Source: an uncultured Alphaproteobacteria bacterium
GTDB lineage: Bacteria > Pseudomonadota > Alphaproteobacteria > Paracaedibacterales > CAIOTO01
Direction: 5' to 3'
Length of the DNA stretch: 32,640 nucleotides
NCBI GenBank assembly: GCA_903861255.1
Contig: CAIOTO010000225.1
Span: forward strand, 1-32,640
Under the pieces are notes generated by a model, which saw nothing but the letters and a program-made list of their open reading frames with translations, was not told the origin of the DNA and ran no database searches. A program made the translations under genes and the position numbers. Below are positions 1 through 8,310 of this stretch, piece by piece; the first letter of the stretch is position 1; each line of letters begins with the position of its first letter.

Positions 1-2
1 GG

Positions 3-74
3 TATAACCAAGGACGTCAAGCACAGATCACCAATGAACTGAATGAAATTATTGCAGGGTCGATTGCTGTATAA
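3..74 (+). CDS. atpG: 3' end of F1 ATP synthase gamma subunit (partial, runs off window start)
   Basis: Manual translation from nt 3: YNQGRQAQITNELNEIIAGSIAV*, matching the conserved gamma C-terminus (YNxxRQxxITxELxEIxxG). Not in the ORF track. Confidence 0.88.
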   Translation, partial: YNQGRQAQITNELNEIIAGSIAV

Positions 75-183
75 AGGGTGGTTTCTATGAATGCTTTACA
101 TAAGAAGCATTTATGGTTGTTATGATCCAAAATTAGCTTTACAACGACATAATTAAGCATAATTGATTTCTATATAAAGCAAG

Positions 184-459
184 GTGAATAATTTTCCTCC
201 TAAAAACTACGCTGACCTTTCTAGAATGCTGATTTGGCATCGTAAAAGAAGCAAAATATCTCAGCAAATGCTAGCCGATCTTGCAGGAGTAAGCAGAACG
301 GCCGTGCAGCGTCTTGAATGCGGAGTCACGCCAGTTCAAATAGATACACTTTTGAAAATATTGAATATCCTCAATATCGAAATGTCGTATACCAGTCCTC
401 TCATGGAAAGCTATATTGAAACCATAGCAAAGCACTCAAATGAGAGTGAATCCTCATGA
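184..459 (+). CDS. hipB: XRE/HipB-like helix-turn-helix regulator of a hipBST/hipBA-type TA locus
   Basis: RKRSKISQQMLADLAGVSRTAVQRLECG...IDTLLKILNIL is a classic XRE HTH; its stop overlaps (ATGA) the start of a HipA-N-terminal-like ORF. Confidence 0.8.
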   Translation: MNNFPPKNYADLSRMLIWHRKRSKISQQMLADLAGVSRTAVQRLECGVTPVQIDTLLKILNILNIEMSYTSPLMESYIETIAKHSNESESS

Positions 460-611
460 ACGAAAGTCACATTCAACAATTGTTCGTTTATAACTCAGGT
501 ACTTTTTGCGGAATGCTTTGTTTTGATGGCACTGTTTATGCATTTCAATATTTATCGAATTATCAAGGTGCGCCCATTTCATTGAAGATTTTGCCCAGTT
601 ATCAAATTTAA
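456..611 (+). pseudogene. Truncated HipS-like / Couple_hipA N-terminal domain ORF
   Basis: Manual translation MNESHIQQLFVYNSGTFCGMLCFDGTVYAFQYLSNYQGAPISL|KILPSYQI*; the first 43 aa fit the Couple_hipA pattern (G-x-L...Y-x-F-x-Y...Y-x-G-x-PISL), then similarity stops at about nt 584. Confidence 0.75.
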
Positions 612-1099
612 ATCGCGACACAAAATATAATAGCAGTGTTGAAAAGGTTATTAAGGTTATAAATGAGTTTTGTACATTTCCGAACCTTGAATACATAAGC
701 CTTTTTCGTCGTATTTTATTTAATTTTATTATTGGTAATGAGGATGTGCATCTTAAAAACTATTCTCTTATCAAGCACGATAACATTTGGAAACTTGCTC
801 CTGCTTATGACTTCTTAAGCACAACTATCGCTCTGCAGTACCCTGAAGAAGAAAGTGCCTTGCCAATTAATGGTCGGAAAAACAAATTCAGGCGCGAGGA
901 TCTTGTTGATTATTTAGCGATAGATCATCTTAAATTAACGCCCAAAATTGTTGGCGCAATCATGGCGGAGCTTGAAGCACAGCGCTATACTTTTATTGAT
1001 TTGATCGCACGATCCTATTTAACAGAACAGATGAAAGATGCTTACGTTAAGGTGTTAAATGAACGCTACAATCGGCTTTATGTTGCAAGCGACGGGTAA
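581..1099 (+). pseudogene. C-terminal half of a HipA/HipT-family Ser/Thr kinase toxin, N-terminal lobe missing
   Basis: The frame of the 746..1099 ORF is open upstream to 581: IEDFAQLSNLNRDTKYNSSVEKV...FNFIIGNEDVHLKNYSLI...LAPAYDFL, with HipA motifs EDFxQ, GNxDxHxKN and LAPAYD; no Gly-rich ATP loop and no proper start codon. Confidence 0.85.
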
Positions 1100-1167
1100 T
1101 TTAACCCATTCAGGATTAAACCACCTCTTGTAAGCGCCGCCTTGGTTAATTCATCTCAGCAGAATCA

Positions 1168-2661
1168 TTAAAATAGATTATGATATTCTGATCGAAGCTG
1201 AGTAATAGTCATACTTTCGTTAATAGAGATACTCTCATCTCCATAATATAAAACACCACTAATTGATAGACTTTCAGGCTTTACAATGTTCTGACAAATA
1301 TTGCTAATTTGCTGTGCTGTAAATTCACATTTCCTGCAATTAAAACTTCTTAACTGTGAAAGCTTATTTAGTGGTGAAAAATCAATCTCGTGGCGTCCAA
1401 AATCAAAATTAGTTAGTCGAATTTCTTCTAAATTTTTGAATGTTCCTAATACAGAAAACAACCTCTGAAGCCTCGCCCTCCTCGTCATCTCCCCCGCCTT
1501 CTCAGCAGCATCCACGTCATAATTCCTATCATAATCCTCTTCATAATCGTAATAACCATAAAAGTGGCTTCCGTCAATACTTAACGTTTTTAGTCTTTCA
1601 TGTGGAATGCTTGCTAATGTGGGAAGATCTTCATCATCATCAGAATCCTCAGATTTGCCTAGCCCTTCAATCAGCAGAGAGGTTAACTTAATATTATTTT
1701 TTGAAAGCGCACCGCAATTTTGAATAACGGTTTCTAAAGAGGTAAGCTTGGGAAATGAGCGCAAAAAATCGTCTGGAAATTCAGGGTGCCCCCCAACAAG
1801 ACTGGTTAACCTAAGTGTCTTTATTTCTTTATTCCCTTGAATAAGCTTAAGCGCGCCTTCATCAATAAGGCTATTTGTTAAATCTAACTCTTCAAGCATT
1901 GTTAGCTTTTGAATTTCATTAAACATCTCGTTCGAAACTTCTTGCCTATTATTATCAGAGCCAGTAAAAGCTAATTTTTTAAGTTTAGGAAAAACGTAAA
2001 CCATTTGTTTGATAAAATTAAGGGGGACCTCTTCATCGTCTTGAAAAACACCGCGGTCCTCGTAAGGGTCATGTAAATACTCAACACAATTGTAAAGTAT
2101 TATTGAATGAACGAACGGTAAGAAATCATCTTTCCGAAACAAATACGTATTTAATTTTTTACTGATACGCAGTATTGTAGTAATCCTCAAGACATCTACT
2201 TTGCTAGCAATTTCTCCATCTGCATAAAATTCAAGAATATATCTAATCACGTCAAAACATAAGTCTTTCTGGGGTGGTTTATATTTTTTTTGCGAAGTCA
2301 AATCAGAAGATGAGCTTGATGAGCTATGCGCAATACTTGCATCCTTATCGGGCTGGAGTGGTTTATTTTTTTCTTGCGAAGTCAAATCAGAAGATGAGCT
2401 TGATGAGCTATGCGCAGTACTTACAGCCTTAGCGGGTGAAAAGGCATATGTAGTTGCATTATCTAGTGCGCGCATCAATTCGTCAGCTGTGTATGAACTT
2501 GCCTTCCTTTCGGGTATGGCAACAGAAGCATGCGACGAAGCGCTAGCACTGTCGCATATATTTTTTAAATCACAGAATTCAATTGCTTCCTTTAAAGTAT
2601 CATCATTTGCGCTCAGTAACGCCGTACTGATAAGTGTTGTCAGAATAATTTTAATTAACAT
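1168..2661 (-). CDS. Putative exported F-box-like / leucine-rich-repeat protein
   Basis: N-terminal signal-like segment (MLIKIILTTLISTALLSA), Ser-rich linker, F-box-like DLCFDVIRYILEFY...ILRISKKLN, then repeated LxxLxL units (FPKLKKLAFT, LTMLEELDLT, FPKLTSLET, FKNLEEIRLT, LSQLRSFNC). Confidence 0.7.
   Translation of the reverse strand: MLIKIILTTLISTALLSANDDTLKEAIEFCDLKNICDSASASSHASVAIPERKASSYTADELMRALDNATTYAFSPAKAVSTAHSSSSSSSDLTSQEKNKPLQPDKDASIAHSSSSSSSDLTSQKKYKPPQKDLCFDVIRYILEFYADGEIASKVDVLRITTILRISKKLNTYLFRKDDFLPFVHSIILYNCVEYLHDPYEDRGVFQDDEEVPLNFIKQMVYVFPKLKKLAFTGSDNNRQEVSNEMFNEIQKLTMLEELDLTNSLIDEGALKLIQGNKEIKTLRLTSLVGGHPEFPDDFLRSFPKLTSLETVIQNCGALSKNNIKLTSLLIEGLGKSEDSDDDEDLPTLASIPHERLKTLSIDGSHFYGYYDYEEDYDRNYDVDAAEKAGEMTRRARLQRLFSVLGTFKNLEEIRLTNFDFGRHEIDFSPLNKLSQLRSFNCRKCEFTAQQISNICQNIVKPESLSISGVLYYGDESISINESMTITQLRSEYHNLF
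2290..2424. repeat. Intragenic direct repeat, 84-bp period, encoding AHSSSSSSSDLTSQ twice
   Basis: ttgcgaagtcaaatcagaagatgagcttgatgagctatgcgca occurs at 2290 and 2374. Confidence 0.9.
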
Positions 2662-2942
2662 TTATTTAAACCTCAAATTTTTCGTTTTGTTTAACTAGAC
2701 AACTTGCTGTGAATATAATTTTATATCACTATTCAACAAGAATAGACTATGTGTAATGGTTCCAATCCTATTTGTCTACCTGGGTAAAACCCGGGTATGG
2801 CATTAAAAAATGCTCAAAAGGATACACATGCTTAGGTGCCCAACTATTAGAAACAGCGAAGATGCACAGGGAAATCTGGGGAAGACAATCGTTCTGGGTA
2901 GTATGGTGCAACCCAGTCCTAACACATGAAAAAGTAAAAAAA

Positions 2943-2971
2943 TGGACTAAATCCCTAAAGTATCGTATGAT
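2943..2971 (+). promoter_or_regulatory. Putative sigma70 promoter for rlmE-cvpA
   Basis: TGGACT-N17-TATGAT, 27 nt upstream of ATG 2999. Confidence 0.45.
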
Positions 2972-2998
2972 TGCTTGAATAATATTTTAAGTAAACAT

Positions 2999-3727
2999 AT
3001 GACTACATTTAAAAAACCTGGCAAAGTACAAGGCCTTAAAAGTTCAAAAAAACGCACAGCTTCGTCGCGTCAATGGTTGCTACGTCAGCTGAATGATCCG
3101 TTTGTTGCGCAAGCGCGTAAAGAAGGCTATCGTTCGCGTGCGGCGTTTAAATTGCTGGAAATCAACGAAAAATATAAACTTATTAAACGCGGTTCATGCG
3201 TCCTTGACCTTGGCGCTGCACCGGGTGGATGGTGTCAGGTTTCAAAAACAATTGTGGGTGACCCGGGTGTTGTTATTGGTGTTGATTTACTGGAAATTGA
3301 TCCGATTACTGGGGTGGCATTCCTGCAGGGGAATTTCCATGACGAGCAGATTCAAACTACAATTATAGACATGTTCCAAGGGCAAAAGGCTGACGTTATC
3401 TTAAGTGACATGGCGGCAAGTTCATGCGGGATGTCGGATGTGGATCATGTTCGTTTGATTGCACTGCTTGAAGCTGTGTTTCAATTTTCATTCGATATGC
3501 TAAAACCTGGTGGCAGCTTTGTCGCTAAAGTTTTACGCGGTGGAACAGAACATAATTTGCTTGGGCAGCTTAAACAATCGTTTTCAAAAATTAGCCATTT
3601 CAAACCAAAGTCAAGCCGACAAGAATCATCGGAATTGTATGTGGTTGCGCAGGGATTTAGGCCGAAAAAGGAAAATGATCCACGCGCGATTCAAGATGGG
3701 ATGATGTTGGAAGGGGAGCGAGAATGA
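2999..3727 (+). CDS. rlmE: 23S rRNA (uridine2552-2'-O)-methyltransferase RlmE/FtsJ
   Basis: WLLRQLNDPFV, GYRSRAAFKLLE, VLDLGAAPGGW, ILSDMA, FVAKV, KPKSSRQESSELY motifs. ATG 2999 preferred over TTG 2975. Confidence 0.96.
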   Translation: MTTFKKPGKVQGLKSSKKRTASSRQWLLRQLNDPFVAQARKEGYRSRAAFKLLEINEKYKLIKRGSCVLDLGAAPGGWCQVSKTIVGDPGVVIGVDLLEIDPITGVAFLQGNFHDEQIQTTIIDMFQGQKADVILSDMAASSCGMSDVDHVRLIALLEAVFQFSFDMLKPGGSFVAKVLRGGTEHNLLGQLKQSFSKISHFKPKSSRQESSELYVVAQGFRPKKENDPRAIQDGMMLEGERE

Positions 3728-4794
3728 CACTATTTGATGGAATTATTATTGGCGTTGCACTGCTGTCAGCCCTTATGGGTTTGATGCGTGGCTTAACACG
3801 TGAAATCCTTGGTCTTGCATCATGGATTGGCGGCGCATCGCTTACGTTTATCGGCATGCCGTTTGTTCAAATCATTGCACGTCGATATATCCAAAATGGA
3901 ATGATGGCGGATGTTGCGGCAGCTGTTGGATTGTTTTTAATTTTTCTTATATTATTTAGTGTGATTAGCCATACCTTGTCTGGTTTCATTCGGCAAAGCG
4001 TGCTTGGTGGCATTGATCGATCGCTTGGCTTTTTGTTTGGTGTTGGACGTGGCATTGTCGTCTTGTGTGTTTTTCAATTGCTCATTAGTTGTTTTGTCCC
4101 GCGTCACAAGCAACCTGAAACCTTTCAGAATAATCGTTTTGCGCCTATGATTTACAAGGGCAGCGATTTGTTGTTTAGTTTGTTGCCGCATCAAATTGCA
4201 TCAAAAATATTTGAACAACAACAAAAGCTTGTCTCTGATATTGCGGCTGTTGGCGCGGCGAATATGGCTAATACAATGAATGCTGTTGTTAATAATGCAG
4301 CTAATAATGCGATGGGCTTTGCAACGCCTGGTCAAATGGCAAATAATCTAAAGCAAGCACCAAATTCACAACAAGAAGCAGAGAATTTAGCGCGCCTGCA
4401 ACCGAGAGCTGCCGCACCAACGGAAGGTGCGAGCGTCACTACGAAGCAGCAAAATGATATGAATCGCTTTTTGAATTTACAAGATATGGACGAAGAGAGC
4501 GCGCTTGAAGCAGAATCGCAAGAAGAAATTGCACCCGCGCCTATGACGGCAATGGCACCAACAATGATGCCGCAACAGCAAATGATGCAACAACAGGCGC
4601 AACAACAGGCGCAACAACAGCCCGCAATGCCACGCCAGCCAGGTCAGTCAGGCATGCAACAAAATGCTCAGCAACCTATGCAGCAGCAAGCACAACAAAT
4701 GCCGCCTCAACAAATGCAACAACAACCACAACAGCCGGTGCAACAAATGACACCAGGCGCCGCGCCTGCACAACAAGGATCGCCTAGAAGATAG
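3724..4794 (+). CDS. cvpA: CvpA family membrane protein with long Gln/Pro/Met-rich C-terminal extension
   Basis: FDGIIIGV...GLMRGLTREILGLASW and GGIDRSLGFLFGVGRG are CvpA signatures; about 190 extra aa end in a QQPM-rich tail; ATGA overlap with rlmE. Confidence 0.85.
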   Translation: MTLFDGIIIGVALLSALMGLMRGLTREILGLASWIGGASLTFIGMPFVQIIARRYIQNGMMADVAAAVGLFLIFLILFSVISHTLSGFIRQSVLGGIDRSLGFLFGVGRGIVVLCVFQLLISCFVPRHKQPETFQNNRFAPMIYKGSDLLFSLLPHQIASKIFEQQQKLVSDIAAVGAANMANTMNAVVNNAANNAMGFATPGQMANNLKQAPNSQQEAENLARLQPRAAAPTEGASVTTKQQNDMNRFLNLQDMDEESALEAESQEEIAPAPMTAMAPTMMPQQQMMQQQAQQQAQQQPAMPRQPGQSGMQQNAQQPMQQQAQQMPPQQMQQQPQQPVQQMTPGAAPAQQGSPRR

Positions 4795-4795
4795 T

Positions 4796-4837
4796 TTCTG
4801 AACGGCGATTATCTCATTAATAAAAGCCGTTCAAAAA
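4796..4837. terminator. Hairpin between convergent cvpA and Nudix genes
   Basis: TGAACGGC (4799-4806) pairs with GCCGTTCA (4826-4833); no clean U-tract. Confidence 0.4.
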
Positions 4838-4841
4838 GTTA

Positions 4842-6269
4842 CTATTTTGCAGCATCACGACAAAGCGATTTGAGGTCAATACGCGAGCGACTAAAGTCCA
4901 TATGACTATCATGTTCATCTTCACGAACTTTTAAAAGTTCAAGCAATTCAGGTTTACGTGTGAGCAGATCTTTAAGCGCGTAGTTTTCAATCATTTTTCC
5001 ATGGCTTGCAAACATCGTACCCTTAACACCTGGCATTATGTGATTTGCTAAAACATAACGAATATCTAAAAACATACGGTCAAGCGTTTCACCATCATCA
5101 CCAAATTTATATTCGGTGTTATAGCTCAAAAACTGATCAAGACTATCGAAATGCATATGATACATTTTTGACCGCGTCCAAGCACTTCCTGTGCTTCTTG
5201 CTTCTCCCGCAACAACATTGTCATAAACCAAATGTACGAGCCCATCACTTTCCAGTCGCATGCCATCAAGAACAACACCTGTTTCTTCAGCCGTTTCACG
5301 AATTGCCGTATCTTTTGCTGATTTTCCAAGACCAGTTAGTCGGCTGCCAAGCGCACCAATGTCTTGCATTCCACCCACAAGAGACAGCATTCTGGGCGAG
5401 CCATCACCAAGAAGTGTTTTATTATCAGATCGTTGTATGACCAAAGCGTATAATTTGTCATCTATCTGAACGGTAACAAAACAATCAGCTGCTAAATTCT
5501 CGCCTGCTTTAAAATAAAAGCCAGGCCCTTTAACCGATATATCGGAACCGCCAGGAAATGGATTAATTGGAAGGCCATTTTCATCATATTCGAATATTGG
5601 ATTAGTTGAATCAGCAGGGTCACTCACCCATAAATCTTTGTAGGTGAAGTTCTTTACACGTATCATCCGGACAAGTTCGATGTTTGTTAACTTTTGATCT
5701 GCGCGGAACAATAAGTCTGTGCTTAGCGATTCTCTCCACAGTATGTGCAGCATTTCAGCAACGGGTTCTCGAACAACCGTGCCATGCGCATCGTCCCCGT
5801 CTACAAAAAGACTTAAAGATGGATCTGCCAATCCCTCTGGTGCAGCTTGACGAAGAGGATGGTACCAAGGCAGCTGTCTATTCACAACGTGGTTCCGTGG
5901 GTTAAAACCATATATGTCTTTTGCAAGTTCTGGTTTGGCAAGATCAGCTTCGCTTGGTCTAGGAAGTGCTATTTCGTAATAGGTAGGCGCGGCACCAGAA
6001 GCAAGTGATTCCTTTGGTGGATAGCCAGTCCATTTGGCGGGATTCCCAGCCATTCCTGCAAAGTCTAAAGCTTCTTCTTGAACATCCATTTTTTCTGTCA
6101 TGTAACTGTAAACAAAATCGTTTATTGCTGCAGAAGAAACACTTGTATTACCTGCTCTATGACGCTTGAAATCAGATCCAAGTTGATCAAATTCCATAGC
6201 GTTTACTTCTGCACATGTGCCTAATAAAATCACACTTAATGTTGCTGCAATCATTTGTTTATTCATCAT
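4842..6269 (-). CDS. Signal-peptide-bearing Nudix hydrolase, NUDT9-like (ADP-ribose pyrophosphatase-like)
   Basis: Nudix box GGMQD...AIRETAEETGV plus NUDT9-type motifs ENGLPINP, GENLAAD, IQRSD, EARSTGSAW, GDDG, FASH. Start 6269 has GAGGG 8 nt upstream. Confidence 0.75.
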   Translation of the reverse strand: MMNKQMIAATLSVILLGTCAEVNAMEFDQLGSDFKRHRAGNTSVSSAAINDFVYSYMTEKMDVQEEALDFAGMAGNPAKWTGYPPKESLASGAAPTYYEIALPRPSEADLAKPELAKDIYGFNPRNHVVNRQLPWYHPLRQAAPEGLADPSLSLFVDGDDAHGTVVREPVAEMLHILWRESLSTDLLFRADQKLTNIELVRMIRVKNFTYKDLWVSDPADSTNPIFEYDENGLPINPFPGGSDISVKGPGFYFKAGENLAADCFVTVQIDDKLYALVIQRSDNKTLLGDGSPRMLSLVGGMQDIGALGSRLTGLGKSAKDTAIRETAEETGVVLDGMRLESDGLVHLVYDNVVAGEARSTGSAWTRSKMYHMHFDSLDQFLSYNTEYKFGDDGETLDRMFLDIRYVLANHIMPGVKGTMFASHGKMIENYALKDLLTRKPELLELLKVREDEHDSHMDFSRSRIDLKSLCRDAAK

Positions 6270-6377
6270 ACATGTAACCCTCATCGGAAAGTTTTTTACT
6301 ATCTACATTACATATGGTGATGGTTAGTGGTAAATGCAACCAAAAAAATATTTTTTTGTATTTTAATTTCTAATTAC

Positions 6378-7334
6378 TTATTTCGCCCCCAACATCGTTA
6401 AAAATACACCCACATCCGCTGCATTTTGCACGGAAATTGCAGCTACATCGGGTTCAATTCGTTTAATCAATCCAGCAAGAACTTTGCCTGATCCCAATTC
6501 CACAAATGTTGTCGTACCCAATTGTTTCATATGCGTCACGCTTTCACACCAACGCACACGACCTGTGATTTGTTGCACCAAGGATGGCACGACAAATTCA
6601 CTTCCGACCAATGGCATAGCGGTTATGTTTGCAATGATCTGACTTGTGCCATCATGAATTGTTGTTTTACCAAGGGCATCTTCCATCACGCGGGCAGCTG
6701 GTTCCATCAATGGGCTATGGAACGGCGCACTCACCGGCAGCAACAAACCACGTTTTGCACCGGCTTCAAGTGCACGCTTTATGACTTCATCTACAGCATC
6801 TTTATGGCCACTGACGACGACTTGCCCGGGGCTGTTATCGTTAGCAACACCGCAAAAGTTATCGGGTTTATCAAAGCCATCGAGTAATGATTCCACAACG
6901 GATAGGTCGAGCCCCAAGATTGCGGCCATGGCACCAACACCAACAGGAACGGCTTCTTGCATAGCTTTACCTCGAAGTCTCACCAACCGTACCGCGTCGG
7001 TTAAACTTAAATAACCGGCGGCGCATAGCGCTGAATATTCACCCAGCGAATGTCCGGCCATCATGGGTGATATTGCGGCAGCAGAGGTGCTTTTTGTTTC
7101 ATCCATAATCACACGGAACGCCATCATACTAGCGGTGAGCAATGCCGGTTGGGTGTTTTCAGTCAGCATCAACGTGTCGTTGGGCCCTTCGAACATCGTG
7201 TGTGATAGTTTTTCTTGAAGTGCGTCCTCGACCTCATCCATAACCAGACGAGCAGCTTTGAAATTATCATATAGGTCACGCCCCATGTTGATTGCTTGTG
7301 ATCCTTGTCCGGGGAATGCGAATGTAAAAGTCAT
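6378..7334 (-). CDS. fabD: Malonyl-CoA:ACP transacylase
   Basis: FPGQGSQ, TQPALL, GHSLGEY (catalytic Ser), VSAPFHS motifs. Confidence 0.97.
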   Translation of the reverse strand: MTFTFAFPGQGSQAINMGRDLYDNFKAARLVMDEVEDALQEKLSHTMFEGPNDTLMLTENTQPALLTASMMAFRVIMDETKSTSAAAISPMMAGHSLGEYSALCAAGYLSLTDAVRLVRLRGKAMQEAVPVGVGAMAAILGLDLSVVESLLDGFDKPDNFCGVANDNSPGQVVVSGHKDAVDEVIKRALEAGAKRGLLLPVSAPFHSPLMEPAARVMEDALGKTTIHDGTSQIIANITAMPLVGSEFVVPSLVQQITGRVRWCESVTHMKQLGTTTFVELGSGKVLAGLIKRIEPDVAAISVQNAADVGVFLTMLGAK

Positions 7335-7494
7335 AAAAGTTCCATTTTATTTAAGAATATATCAATCAGTTGTAGCGGATTTTGGCTGCACTGTCACGGA
7401 TTTCGCATTTGCTCGGTAAGAATGAGCTTTCGTTATCAAATAATTTGTGTAAAAATAATTTTAATTTAAATTATTGTTTGAACAGGACGTCTTT

Positions 7495-8238
7495 ATGAGA
7501 AAATCATTACAAACCTATCGTTCATTTTTTGCTGCATACTGCAAAAAGATGGCTATTGCGCTAAATATTGTACTACTTATGTTTACAGCATGTGCTGATG
7601 CATCCCCCTGCAGTGGAACTGTTAATGGCACATGTCCAACAGGACAAGCATGCTACCGTGCTGCGAATGTATACGGTTGCTATAATTGCACAAATAGTAA
7701 TCTCACATGCCCGGATCGCCAAGCTTGCGGATTAACGCCTGGCTCTACTACAGCTTACTCATGCCAGCCAGCATGTATTCCGAACTCATCTGGTGTTTGC
7801 CCTGCAGGAAAAGTATGTCACCTTAGTATCCTAGGGGGAGACTATCAGTGCTACACATGCACCGGCACAGTAAGTAATGGCACATGCCCGAGTTACAAAA
7901 CATGCGCATTAACGCCTGGTTCTACTACGGCTTATTCATGCCAAGATACATGCAAGGATAACACGTCTGGTGTTTGTCCAACAGGACAAGTATGTTATCG
8001 CAGTAACTCGAGCGGCGTGCCCAGATATAGCTGCTACACATGCGCCGGCACAGTTAATGGCAGGTGTCCAACAGGACAAGCATGTTATAGTAGTAATTCG
8101 ACCGGTGTGCCCATATATAACTGCTACACATGCGGTTCGACTACAACTGATGCGAATGTCGCTACTGCAACGTGCCCATCTGGGAAAAAATGCAATCCGC
8201 CTGCTGCTGGCAGCAATGCTGGATATACGTGTGGATAA
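7495..8238 (+). CDS. Putative exported cysteine-rich repeat protein (seven 4-Cys modules)
   Basis: Hydrophobic segment MAIALNIVLLMFTACADA followed by 7 repeats of C-x6-13-CP-x4-C-x6-10-Y-x-C; start uncertain (7474, 7495 or 7549). Confidence 0.75.
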   Translation: MRKSLQTYRSFFAAYCKKMAIALNIVLLMFTACADASPCSGTVNGTCPTGQACYRAANVYGCYNCTNSNLTCPDRQACGLTPGSTTAYSCQPACIPNSSGVCPAGKVCHLSILGGDYQCYTCTGTVSNGTCPSYKTCALTPGSTTAYSCQDTCKDNTSGVCPTGQVCYRSNSSGVPRYSCYTCAGTVNGRCPTGQACYSSNSTGVPIYNCYTCGSTTTDANVATATCPSGKKCNPPAAGSNAGYTCG

Positions 8239-8258
8239 ATAATTGAAATATTAGATTG

Positions 8259-8288
8259 AAAAAGGCGCCTAATTCGGCGCCTTTTTTT
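8259..8288. terminator. Bidirectional rho-independent terminator between the Cys-rich gene and thrS
   Basis: AAAAAGGCGCC-TAATTC-GGCGCCTTTTTTT, A/T tracts on both sides, between convergent genes. Confidence 0.88.
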
Positions 8289-8310
8289 ATGCAGTTTGGC
8301 ACTTGTTTGC

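Noticed and set aside
87-114. Inverted repeat AATGCTT-N8-AAGCATT between atpG and hipB
   Set aside because: Could be a weak terminator or HipB operator, but it is short and AT-rich; no role can be assigned.
454-696. 80-aa minus-strand ORF
   Set aside because: Antisense shadow of the hipS/hipT remnants, which explain the region.
746-1099. 117-aa ORF as a complete gene
   Set aside because: Its GTG start lies inside the GNEDVHLKN catalytic motif; it is part of a longer truncated kinase frame.
2655-2669. TTAA-N7-TTAA at the LRR gene start
   Set aside because: Overlaps the start codon in very AT-rich sequence; likely chance.
2772-2978. 68-aa ORF and two small hairpins (about 2778-2796 and 2894-2916)
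   Set aside because: TTG start, no SD or recognisable motif, overlaps the likely rlmE promoter; the hairpins match no RNA family I recognise.
7600-8140. Recurring DNA repeats resembling a CRISPR array
   Set aside because: Irregular, in-frame and explained by Cys-module duplication; no cas genes.
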